From: a virus
Strand: one strand, 5' to 3'
DNA: 64,000 nucleotides
Virus record (IMG/VR): IMGVR_UViG_3300025133_005514
Span: 9,075-73,074 of that record
Shown here: positions 34,595-43,420 of the stretch, one piece after another
Numbering within the stretch: the stretch's first letter is position 1
Layout: each line of letters opens with the position of its first letter
Position numbers and translations under genes: made by a program
Notes under the pieces: model-generated
The model's input: only the letters and a program-made list of their open reading frames with translations
Databases searched by the model: none
Told to the model about the DNA's origin: nothing

Positions 34595-35668
34595 TTGGCC
34601 GCCGTTACCGCCTCAATTGAGTTTGATCGGGTTTACTCGACAACTCTCGCTGTCCAGCGCGACGACGTCGCGATGGAGATCGTCCAGTCCAACCCCCTCC
34701 TCTGGCACATGTACCGCCAGGGCGCAGTCCAGTACGACGGTGGAACGGAAGTTCGCCAGCCGGTCGTCCTGGAAGAGACCGCCAACATCTCGGCGATCTC
34801 GACCTACGAGACCTTCGGCACCACGCCGGAAGACGGGCCCGACACGGCTCGCTACCCGACCTGGTACAAGAACCGCGCCTCCATCGTCCTGGACAACACC
34901 GAGTTGGCCCAGAACCGTGGCGCGTCTCAGATCGTCTCGCTCCTGAACAGCAAGCTCGCGATTGCGAAGATCAGCATGATCAACGACATCGCCCGCCAGC
35001 TGTACGCTGACAACTCCGCCCTCCCCAAGGAGATCAACGGCCTTCAGTCGGACTTCCTGGAGTTTTCGGCCGAGGCCGCTCAGACCGGCACGGTCGGCGG
35101 CATCAGCAAGGCTGGCTACGCCAACTGGCGCAACCGCTACCAGCAGATCACCGCCTTCGGGACGGACGGACTGGACCAGTGGGAGCAGCTGTACATGGAG
35201 TGCTCGCAGCGGGGTACGCACCCCGACATCATCCTGACCGACCCCGCCGTCTACCGCTTCTTCAAGCGGACGGTCGCGGCCAACCAGGCTGAGCGCGACA
35301 ACGCCATGTGGGACCAGGGTTTCCACAACCTCCTCTTCGAAGGTACGCCCGTCGTGCCCGACTACGAGTTGGACGGAACCGGTCAGACGTACATGCTGAC
35401 CACGACCGGAAAGCGCGGAGTCAACGACTTCAACCTGAAGCCCGAGTACTTCACGGTCCCCGGCAAGAACCCGCTGGCCAAGGGCAAGCACACCGGCATC
35501 GGCCTCGGCCTCGCGATTCTGTCGCAGGACGATTTCCGCATGACGGACTTCATGACCCCGCCCAACGCTGACACCATCCTCGCCCACTGCTACCTGTCGT
35601 GCATGTTGGTCACTGCGTCCGAAGGACGTCAGGGCTGCTCGGACTTCAGCGGCACCGTCCAGTTCTAG
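34595..35668 (+). CDS. Major capsid protein (phage A)
   Basis: 357 aa, TTG start with GGGAG RBS, highly biased codons. 'NPLLWHM', 'INGLQ', 'PDIILTD', 'GFHNLLFEGTPVVPD'. Confidence 0.9.
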   Translation: MAAVTASIEFDRVYSTTLAVQRDDVAMEIVQSNPLLWHMYRQGAVQYDGGTEVRQPVVLEETANISAISTYETFGTTPEDGPDTARYPTWYKNRASIVLDNTELAQNRGASQIVSLLNSKLAIAKISMINDIARQLYADNSALPKEINGLQSDFLEFSAEAAQTGTVGGISKAGYANWRNRYQQITAFGTDGLDQWEQLYMECSQRGTHPDIILTDPAVYRFFKRTVAANQAERDNAMWDQGFHNLLFEGTPVVPDYELDGTGQTYMLTTTGKRGVNDFNLKPEYFTVPGKNPLAKGKHTGIGLGLAILSQDDFRMTDFMTPPNADTILAHCYLSCMLVTASEGRQGCSDFSGTVQF

Positions 35669-35677
35669 GAGGACAAA

Positions 35678-36298
35678 ATGAGCTACACAGACATTGGGTC
35701 TTACCCGCAGCGAATTGACGCTGTGGTCATCTGGAACCCCACCACGAGCACCGACCTCCTCTACCGGGGCGACGTTGTGCAGATCGAGGCGGAGACCATC
35801 GCCAACCTGGACGGCGCGAACGCGCAGGTTCCGGTGGTCGATTCGTCCTCGCCCGAGACGCTCAACATGATGTGCGGAGTTGTCCTCGGCACGGCGAAGA
35901 AGTTCACCTACCGCGACCAGGAAGAGGTCCCGGTTCGGGTTCTCGGCGTTGTCGAGGCCCTGGTGGACGGCGGAACCGTGGATGTGGATCCGCAGGACCA
36001 CCTGTACATTCAGGACGCCTTGCACGGCCTCATCGCGAAGGCGGCTGAGCCGGACCTGGTTACGCCGGCTCCGGCGGCCCTCGCGGCCTCGGTCCCCACC
36101 GACCTCAGCACGACGATCACGGCCGTCACCGAGATCATGACCGACATCGACGCGATGAATCTGATCCTCCAGGACCTCATGGACATGAAGGTCTGCAAGG
36201 CGATTGCAATTGACGAGGACGACGACGCCGTTGGGACCCGCTCCGGCGCGGCCTCGACGCTCTCGACCGTCTTCTTCAACGGCATCGCCCAGTTCTAG
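35678..36298 (+). CDS. Capsid decoration/cement protein
   Basis: Directly after MCP, beta-rich ('GDVV..GVV..VRVLGVVEALV'). Confidence 0.7.
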   Translation: MSYTDIGSYPQRIDAVVIWNPTTSTDLLYRGDVVQIEAETIANLDGANAQVPVVDSSSPETLNMMCGVVLGTAKKFTYRDQEEVPVRVLGVVEALVDGGTVDVDPQDHLYIQDALHGLIAKAAEPDLVTPAPAALAASVPTDLSTTITAVTEIMTDIDAMNLILQDLMDMKVCKAIAIDEDDDAVGTRSGAASTLSTVFFNGIAQF

Positions 36299-36307
36299 GA
36301 GGACTCC

Positions 36308-36730
36308 ATGGTCGCTATCCCACAGCACATCGATCGGCAGGTCTCAGAGACCCGTCCGCACGGTGTGTCCATCCTCCAGGACTTCGCAGTCCACCTCCAG
36401 TTCGACGTGGACGGGGTCTTCATCCCGCTCCTGTTGGCCCTGGATTCGGACTACTACATCGAAGAAGCCTGGTTCCTGCCAAGCGAGGTGGCTGATGCCA
36501 CCACGGTCACGCTGACCCTGAAACAGTACCTCGCGGCTGCTGACCAGAGTCTGGACCTGATGAGTTCGGCGGTTGCTTCGACGGCCTTCGTCATCAACGT
36601 CCCCGTGGACTTGGGAGTTGACCAGAACCAGACCCTGGTTGACGGCAACTACCTGTGCATGGACGTTGCCGTTGCCACGGGCGGCGACATCTCCGGCGTC
36701 GTTCAGGTCCGCTACCGCCGCAAGGCGTAA
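36308..36730 (+). CDS. Small beta-sandwich virion protein
   Basis: AGGAGG RBS. Positional equivalent of 63371-63907. Confidence 0.65.
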   Translation: MVAIPQHIDRQVSETRPHGVSILQDFAVHLQFDVDGVFIPLLLALDSDYYIEEAWFLPSEVADATTVTLTLKQYLAAADQSLDLMSSAVASTAFVINVPVDLGVDQNQTLVDGNYLCMDVAVATGGDISGVVQVRYRRKA

Positions 36731-36740
36731 AGAACGGGGG

Positions 36741-36815
36741 GCCCGGCTGTCCTCTGTGCCGCTCCTCACCCCACCGGGGAGCGGCAGGTCCCCCATCCTC
36801 CGGGGACAGCCGGGC
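36741..36815 (+). terminator. Long stem-loop after capsid genes
   Basis: GCCCGGCTGTCC/GGACAGCCGGGC 12-bp outer stem; TGCCGCTCC/GGAGCGGCA inner stem. Confidence 0.6.
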
Positions 36816-36843
36816 TAACCCCATCCTCCGCTAGGATGGCCGC

Positions 36844-38070
36844 ATGATCCGTTCTGAGATCCGAACAGCCCTCCAGCGCAGACGCTCTGATTACAGCCAC
36901 ACAGCTGCACAGCTGAACGACTGGATCGACCAAACCGAGCGGGACATGTACTCGCGCCGGGCATGGTCCTTTCTCCGCAGAGAGGTCACCCTCGCCTGCC
37001 ACCCTAAGGACGACACCTCCTACACTGCCGCAGTGGTGGGCTCCATCACGAACCAGGGGACCACGTTCACCATTACCGCAGCCAACGTGTCCCCAACCAC
37101 CTGGGGCAAGCGGCTGCTGATTGATGGACGCATCTACCGGGTTGTGAACATCCGAACCAGCGGCTCCAACCGGGTGTGCCGGATTGACCGGCCCTTCGAG
37201 TCGGCGACCGACAGCTACGCCGCAACCATCATCTACGACGAGGTGGCACTGCCGGCGGACTGCGAGTCCCTAATGCACGTCACCCTGGTGAACGCCAACG
37301 CTTCACCTCTGAACATCACGTCCATCGCTCCCCAGCAGATGGCCTTCGGGGACAAGGATGTATTTGGTCAGCCGACCACCTGTTCCATCGTGCGACGTCA
37401 GCCCATCCCGGCCCCGCTCGCAGCGCCCACCCTGGCGGATGACGCCACGGGCTCAACCCCCGCTGCCGGCGTCTACACCTACTGGGTCGCCTACCGGGAC
37501 CACCAGACCGGCGCTGTCTCCGCGTTGTCGCCCTCAGGGTCGGTCACGGCTGCTGGGGGCCAGGTGGACGTTACGCACGCTGGACGGCAGGATTTCTACC
37601 TGAACTTGTACCGGTCCCGCGCCGGAGGCTCTGTCCCCTACCTGGTGACCGAGTACAACGAGACGGCGCTGTCCACAGAGGCTGACGTCGTTGCGAACGA
37701 GGAGCTTCGTGGCAGGGCCCACGAGGGTGGCACCTCGGTGTGGATGGGGCTGTACCCGGCCCCCGACTCCACCTACGCCTTGAACATCATCTACCAGGCT
37801 GAGGGCAAGCCTCAGAGCGAGGACGACCAGGTCCCTCTGTTCGGGCCGAGCTTCTGCTCTGTTCTGTTGGACGGGGCTGAGATGATGATGCTGTCGGCTC
37901 ACGACGAGCAGGGGCGGGCCCAGTCCGCTCAGCAGCGGTACGAGCTAGGCATCCAGCGGATGATTGCCCGCGACCGCTCGGACAAGCACCACACCGCAGT
38001 GATTGGCGGTAGGTCCAGGGTGCGGGGACGCCAGACTGCGTGGTACGGCGCAGTCCTGCCGGAGGTCTAA
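36844..38070 (+). CDS. Podoviral head-tail adaptor with inserted beta domains
   Basis: 'EIRTALQRRR..LNDWID..RAWSFL' N-terminus; 'LYPAPDSTY' and helical C-terminus. Confidence 0.75.
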   Translation: MIRSEIRTALQRRRSDYSHTAAQLNDWIDQTERDMYSRRAWSFLRREVTLACHPKDDTSYTAAVVGSITNQGTTFTITAANVSPTTWGKRLLIDGRIYRVVNIRTSGSNRVCRIDRPFESATDSYAATIIYDEVALPADCESLMHVTLVNANASPLNITSIAPQQMAFGDKDVFGQPTTCSIVRRQPIPAPLAAPTLADDATGSTPAAGVYTYWVAYRDHQTGAVSALSPSGSVTAAGGQVDVTHAGRQDFYLNLYRSRAGGSVPYLVTEYNETALSTEADVVANEELRGRAHEGGTSVWMGLYPAPDSTYALNIIYQAEGKPQSEDDQVPLFGPSFCSVLLDGAEMMMLSAHDEQGRAQSAQQRYELGIQRMIARDRSDKHHTAVIGGRSRVRGRQTAWYGAVLPEV

Positions 38071-40059
38071 GTGGCCAAGGCCAAGGGCAAGAGTCAGGTT
38101 TTTGAAGCCCTCAACCTTGGCATCGACACCCGTGTCTTCCAGCCGGAAGGCAGGGCGTCGGACGCTCAGGGCGTTGTGTTCTCCCAGAATGGGGAACTGG
38201 TCAAGGCCAGGGGGATTCAGCCGTTCGTAGGGACCTGGGACACCACCCCGAACCCCTTCACCACCAACCCGGTGGTTGGGCTGGGCGTCTTCAATCACCA
38301 CGGCCAGACCGACATCCTGGTGAACTACGACGACACCATCGCCGTGCTTCGGCAGGACGGGCTCACCTCCGGGACGTACACCAGCGTCAGCGGCAGGTTT
38401 GTGGCGACCAGGCCCCGGGACGCCCACCGCTTCATTCAGTCCGGCGACATCTGCATCATCACCAACGGCATGGACGAGAACCTGAAGTGGGACGGAGAGA
38501 AGTTCACCCCGCTGGGCATCTCGGCCACACCCCCTCCGCCCTCGGTCATTACCGACGCTGACGGCAAGCTCTGGACCGGCGGCGACCGCACGGGCGAGTT
38601 CTGGGAGGGGCGGTACATAGAGGGCAACATCGACGCCAACACCAAGTACCTGTACCGGCTGACCTGGGTGAACGACAAGGGCCAGGAGTCCGAGGGCGGG
38701 AACGAGAGCAACGCGGCGATCGACGGGGCTGAGGACGACGTCACGCCGGGTGACGAGGTTTCCCACCACGTCATCCTGGTGGCGGAGCTAGCTTCTACCC
38801 CTCCCACAGCGGACATCGTCGGCCGAGCCCTCTACCGGAGCACCGACTCTGGGCAGACCTGGTCGTTCATCGCGTACCTGCCGGGCACCTCCACCAACCA
38901 CTACTGGGACTACACCCAGCCCGGGACAGAGGCCCCCCTCCTCCTGCCCATCGCCGGAACGAACAAGCCGCCCCCGGTGGTGAAGTGGGCGTTCCCGTTC
39001 CGTACTCGCACCTACTACGGCGGGGACGTGGACAACCCCACGCTCCTGTTCTACTCCCGGCAGGACGGGATGAAGGAGGCTGTCTCTGCGGCCAACTTCA
39101 TCGACACAGGCGGCAGCGATGGCGAGTCCATCTCAGGCTGGGCCCTAGCCCGGGACTTCGCACTTATCTTCCGGCAGCGCAGCATCTTCATGCTGACGCA
39201 CGACAAGTCCGAACTGCCCATCCTGACGCCGATTTACCACGGTGCTGGAGCGGTCTCTGACCGGGCCATCGCGACCTTCGACGGCAAGGTCTACTTCATG
39301 TCGGAGGACGGCATCTACGTCACCGACGGAAGCAAGACCAGCCGCATGAGTGCTGAGTTGGACAAGAAGGTTCAGCGGCTGCCACGAGCCACCCTTGCCG
39401 ACACGGTCGCCTGGACAGACACCCGCAACCGGATGGTCATGTTCAGCGTGTGCCCGGGACCCGGCGTGGAGAACTCTGAGGTGTGGGCCATCTACACCGA
39501 CACAGGGGCCTTCACCCGCCTCACCGACATGGGTGTGTACTCAGCCATCCACTACCGCGAGGAGACGCTCGTCGGCTTCGACAGCGACCTACCCTACCCG
39601 CTCAACGACGTTGGGATGTGGGACGTTCAGGGGACGGTCAGGGCTGACGGTTACCCCGGAGCCTTTGAAACACGGTGGCTGACGCTGGGGGACCCCGAGG
39701 CTGGCAAGGATGTCTGGCGGGTTGACGTCATCTACGTCCAGACCGGCGACATCACCATGACCGTGGGGTGGTCCACGGACTGGGACGACCGTACCACCGC
39801 CGGGACCGACACCCTCGACCTCGCTGACGCTGACGCGACCATCTGGAACGAGGGCAGCTGGGGCACCGGCACCTGGGACAAGGCCAGGGTTCGCATCGCA
39901 CGGGTGGACGTGACCGACGCCTTCGATATCAAGTGCATCCGCTTCAAGCTCTCCACACCCACCTCAACCAAGGGCTCCACCCCCTTCCGGCTGGTTGCCC
40001 TCCGCATCCACTACGCCGACCACGGCATCCGGGACTACGGAACGGACCTGCCGACATGA
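38071..40059 (+). CDS. Tail nozzle / DNA stabilisation protein (beta-propeller)
   Basis: 662 aa after adaptor. 'PTLLFYS', 'GAVSDRAI', 'VYFMSEDGIY'. Confidence 0.8.
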   Translation: MAKAKGKSQVFEALNLGIDTRVFQPEGRASDAQGVVFSQNGELVKARGIQPFVGTWDTTPNPFTTNPVVGLGVFNHHGQTDILVNYDDTIAVLRQDGLTSGTYTSVSGRFVATRPRDAHRFIQSGDICIITNGMDENLKWDGEKFTPLGISATPPPPSVITDADGKLWTGGDRTGEFWEGRYIEGNIDANTKYLYRLTWVNDKGQESEGGNESNAAIDGAEDDVTPGDEVSHHVILVAELASTPPTADIVGRALYRSTDSGQTWSFIAYLPGTSTNHYWDYTQPGTEAPLLLPIAGTNKPPPVVKWAFPFRTRTYYGGDVDNPTLLFYSRQDGMKEAVSAANFIDTGGSDGESISGWALARDFALIFRQRSIFMLTHDKSELPILTPIYHGAGAVSDRAIATFDGKVYFMSEDGIYVTDGSKTSRMSAELDKKVQRLPRATLADTVAWTDTRNRMVMFSVCPGPGVENSEVWAIYTDTGAFTRLTDMGVYSAIHYREETLVGFDSDLPYPLNDVGMWDVQGTVRADGYPGAFETRWLTLGDPEAGKDVWRVDVIYVQTGDITMTVGWSTDWDDRTTAGTDTLDLADADATIWNEGSWGTGTWDKARVRIARVDVTDAFDIKCIRFKLSTPTSTKGSTPFRLVALRIHYADHGIRDYGTDLPT

Positions 40060-40253
40060 TGCAGAAGTTGCTGGAGCGGGCCGAAACGGCCATCGCAGAA
40101 CTGGACCTCGGGGTCAGGTACTCGCTGTTCGCCACGGAGCCCCTCATCCCGTTGAACCAGGCCCTGGCCCAGACGGGCGGGGCTAGGATGACGGAGCTAG
40201 ACGAAGGGCAGCTGGCAAGGGCTGTGCGGTTCCTGGAGGGCGAGGTCGAATGA
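40056..40253 (+). CDS. Small hypothetical protein
   Basis: ATGA coupling at both ends. Confidence 0.5.
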   Translation: MMQKLLERAETAIAELDLGVRYSLFATEPLIPLNQALAQTGGARMTELDEGQLARAVRFLEGEVE

Positions 40254-40825
40254 GGTACGTCCGCAAAGAGGTGTTCAGCGACGACATGCTCGGCGACGCC
40301 GACGCCTTGATGCGCGAGTTCTACAGGGCGCAGGGAGCCATCCACGACATCGATCAGGACATGATTGCCGACACCGTCGTCAACCCGGGACACCTGGTCC
40401 GCCCCTCCGCGTCGCTCCGTGGGGCCACGGTCACGCACGACTCGGGAGGCAGCCTCCTGGCCGTACAGACCAACGCGCTGACCATCTCTTCGGTGGAGAC
40501 AACCTGGGTCTCCAACGCCACCCCCGTCTCGTTCACCTCCTACGCTCAGGGGAGGTTTCGGGTGATTGCTGACGGCCAGTACAGCGGAGGTGTGGGACCC
40601 GCCAAGTTCGACGTGCGAGTCATCGTGGACGGCAGGCCGGGCAGGGTTGTGACCTTCAGCCTTCCCGACTTCGGGGCAGCGGCTCCCGACTGCGGGTTCT
40701 TCATCGACGACAGCTTCCTGCTCACGCCAGGGGCGCACGAAGCCTACGTCCAGGTAAGGGAGCGGTCGGCTGCTGCCGGGTCTGTCAGCGAGGTTGACCT
40801 CTACGTGATTGGGATCGTCCGATGA
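40250..40825 (+). CDS. Tail-associated protein 1
   Basis: Short helical N-terminus plus beta C-terminal domain. Confidence 0.6.
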   Translation: MRYVRKEVFSDDMLGDADALMREFYRAQGAIHDIDQDMIADTVVNPGHLVRPSASLRGATVTHDSGGSLLAVQTNALTISSVETTWVSNATPVSFTSYAQGRFRVIADGQYSGGVGPAKFDVRVIVDGRPGRVVTFSLPDFGAAAPDCGFFIDDSFLLTPGAHEAYVQVRERSAAAGSVSEVDLYVIGIVR

Positions 40826-41346
40826 CCTACCCGCTCACCAACGACATCAAGCCCGGGGATGCGCTCACGGCTTCGGACCTGGACACCAATTTCGACGACA
40901 TGTTCACGATGACGGATAGCATCCAGACCCACCAGTTCCGTCCCGGGTCTGTGGTGTACCGGACTGTGTCTGTTGCGGTGGACGCTTACAAAACCATCCA
41001 GCAGGTAGACCAGGGCGCGGGGACCATCACTGCGGCTGGCTTCGTAACTGCCGACACAGCCTTCGACCTGTTCGACGGTGAGGGCGTTCTGGTCATCGCC
41101 AGGGCCAGGATTAAGGCTTCGGGGGCCTCCTCAAACTGCACCCTGGGCATCACGGTAGCCGGGGCCAGCGTCACCTCCAGGCTGTGGTCGTTCGCCGCCA
41201 ACACCATCATGACCGGCACCATCGGCTGGTACTACGAGTTCGTGGACGCCACAGCCAACCACGAGAACATCCGGCTTGAGGTGGTTAGCGGGTCCGCCTT
41301 CGAAGTTACGAGTGGAACAATCACCGTCATGGGCGTGAACCGATGA
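40822..41346 (+). CDS. Tail-associated protein 2
   Basis: 'PGDALTASDLDTNFDD' anchor-like motif. Confidence 0.6.
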   Translation: MTYPLTNDIKPGDALTASDLDTNFDDMFTMTDSIQTHQFRPGSVVYRTVSVAVDAYKTIQQVDQGAGTITAAGFVTADTAFDLFDGEGVLVIARARIKASGASSNCTLGITVAGASVTSRLWSFAANTIMTGTIGWYYEFVDATANHENIRLEVVSGSAFEVTSGTITVMGVNR

Positions 41347-42014
41347 GTAGCTACTCAACGCCAGCCCTGGGAGCCACGTTCGACCCGGCCGAGGTCCAGA
41401 GCCTGTTCGACGACTTCGAAACAGCGATCAACGACCTCGATGCGAACAACTTCGCCAAGTCCACGAACATCTCGTTCAGGGAGATTCACCCCGGGGCACT
41501 GGTGAAGGAGCACGTCTCGGAAGGAGAGGGGGCGGCCGTTATGTTGGCGACGGTCCCGGGGACCACCACAGCCAGCCCGTTCCCCGACCACGGGGGCGAC
41601 TTCGATATCCCCGACACGGGAATCTCCTTCTTCGCGGACGAGGTGACCAACTGCGAATGGGAGTCGGTTGTCTCTGTTGAGAAGGTCCGAACAGACGGCC
41701 TGTGGGACGACGCAACAGCCCCAGGGACGGTGACGCTGAACGCTGTGTTGAGCGTCTATCTCAACGGAACAGTGATCAACACACCCAACCTCACGGTCTC
41801 AAACAACTACATTGAACTCACGGTGCCTGATCACGCCGGGTTTACACTTCAGGCTCAGGGCGTGGCCACCCTGGTCGAGGGCTTGAACACATTCCACGCC
41901 ACCCTAAGTCTGTCAGGGACAACTACCGGGAACACCCCCACGGGTAAGGACGACTACTTTGTTCAGTTCTTGGTATTGGGTAGGCTGAATCGCGTCACGG
42001 TGGTTCGGAGGTAA
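41343..42014 (+). CDS. Tail-associated protein 3
   Basis: 'GATFDPAEVQSLFDDFETAINDLDANN' anchor-like motif. Confidence 0.6.
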   Translation: MSSYSTPALGATFDPAEVQSLFDDFETAINDLDANNFAKSTNISFREIHPGALVKEHVSEGEGAAVMLATVPGTTTASPFPDHGGDFDIPDTGISFFADEVTNCEWESVVSVEKVRTDGLWDDATAPGTVTLNAVLSVYLNGTVINTPNLTVSNNYIELTVPDHAGFTLQAQGVATLVEGLNTFHATLSLSGTTTGNTPTGKDDYFVQFLVLGRLNRVTVVRR

Positions 42015-42017
42015 CTA

Positions 42018-42620
42018 ATGGCTGCTTGGGGCATGAGTAAGGAACTAAGCTCCGCGTTCGGCCCCAGTGCCGACCGTGGCTTCAACCCGCAGGACGAAGA
42101 CCTCCTTCGTCGTGAGTCTGTGGCTCGGGAGGTTGGGCGAAACCAGCTTCTCCAGGGCGCAGAGGCCCGACGAGGTGCCCCGGTAGCCATGCCGGGGATG
42201 GTTCGCGGGGCCGACCTCCAGCGGCAGAACTCCTTCCAGGCATCCCTCGCTGGCGCGATGGCTGGCGTTGGCCACCGGGCCGCATCAGCCCGGACGCAGC
42301 AGATGTTGCAAGACCGAGCCGCCTTCGTGGACGCCAAGCTCCGGGAGCGGCGGGCCTACGAGATGGCGTTGGCCCAGGCCCAGCAGCGAGCGGCTCAGTA
42401 CGTCGGCGCTGTGGGGCGTCGAACGGTCGGAGGAGTCCGGGACTACATGTACGAGAACCCGCCCGAGGGCCACTCCTCCATGCCGGACGGCCGGTGGGTC
42501 AGGACCCCCACTGTAACGCCGGAGGGAACCTCCGAGGAAATCTGGGGACCGTCCAACCAGTACCCGGCCTCCATCCAGAGAACGGACGAGGAGTTGAGGA
42601 CGCTTTGGGGAGGTGAGTAA
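42018..42620 (+). CDS. Putative ejection (internal virion) protein
   Basis: Ala/Gln/Gly-rich helical protein in the ejectosome position. Confidence 0.55.
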   Translation: MAAWGMSKELSSAFGPSADRGFNPQDEDLLRRESVAREVGRNQLLQGAEARRGAPVAMPGMVRGADLQRQNSFQASLAGAMAGVGHRAASARTQQMLQDRAAFVDAKLRERRAYEMALAQAQQRAAQYVGAVGRRTVGGVRDYMYENPPEGHSSMPDGRWVRTPTVTPEGTSEEIWGPSNQYPASIQRTDEELRTLWGGE

Positions 42621-43420
42621 TGGGCGCGAACCAGCAAGTCACCAGGGAGTACGCCTGGAGAGCTTCGGACCCCGAGCAGGGCGGGACCTTTGCCGGCGCG
42701 TTGCACAACGCCGAAACCGGAGCCTACCTAGCTGACCCTCAGCAAATTTACGACTGGTACGTCCGGCCAGAGCTTCAGTCTGAGTACCGACGGGCCCTCA
42801 GCGCTGGCCAAGGTCTGCACGAGAATGCCATGAAGGCGGCCAGGTTCCAGAACCAGAAACGATCCGGCTCTCTCGGGATTGGCGGGGCAGCGAGCGCAGC
42901 GCTTGAGGCTGGGTTTGATGATGAGGCAGGGCGACGGCTCTCAGACGCTAAGACCCAGGCGCGAGGTCAGTTTGAGACCTGGTTGTCCGACCCGGCGCGG
43001 CTCTCCAAGCTGCGCGAGTACGAGTCCAGGGTGTACGAAGGTTTGAACCGCAAGGAGCGCGAGGCCAGGTCCATCAACCAGGGCATCTCCCTCGCCGGGA
43101 ACACCATCGGCGGTATCTTCTCCGCCATCCCGGGCCTCAACCTCATCGGCTCCGGCATCCAGATGGGCGAAGCTCTGCGTACCGGCATCACCTCAGCGGT
43201 CATTGACTCTGAGGCTAGAAAGGGCAGGCGGCAAGCTAGCCGCAGGCTTTCAGGCGACCTGAAGCAGGCTGACTTCAAGTTCGGCAACATTGGCTCGGGC
43301 CCCCAGGGTTACAACCTCCAGACATCTGGAGCGGCAACCCCGCGCAAGGCGAGCAGCTTGTTCAAGGATGACTTCGAAGAGGCGCTCCCGGGCTCCCAGA
43401 ACCTGTACGGCGGCTACTAG
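42620..43420 (+). CDS. Putative ejection protein
   Basis: Helical, with a Gly-rich hydrophobic hairpin (AGNTIGGIFSAIPGLNLIG). Confidence 0.55.
   Translation: MGANQQVTREYAWRASDPEQGGTFAGALHNAETGAYLADPQQIYDWYVRPELQSEYRRALSAGQGLHENAMKAARFQNQKRSGSLGIGGAASAALEAGFDDEAGRRLSDAKTQARGQFETWLSDPARLSKLREYESRVYEGLNRKEREARSINQGISLAGNTIGGIFSAIPGLNLIGSGIQMGEALRTGITSAVIDSEARKGRRQASRRLSGDLKQADFKFGNIGSGPQGYNLQTSGAATPRKASSLFKDDFEEALPGSQNLYGGY

Noticed and set aside
34613-36328. 571-aa minus-strand ORF (likewise 44381-46045, 47407-49134, 61680-63425, and the + strand 19074-20189)
   Set aside because: Antisense shadows of capsid, ejection and RecT genes caused by codon bias.
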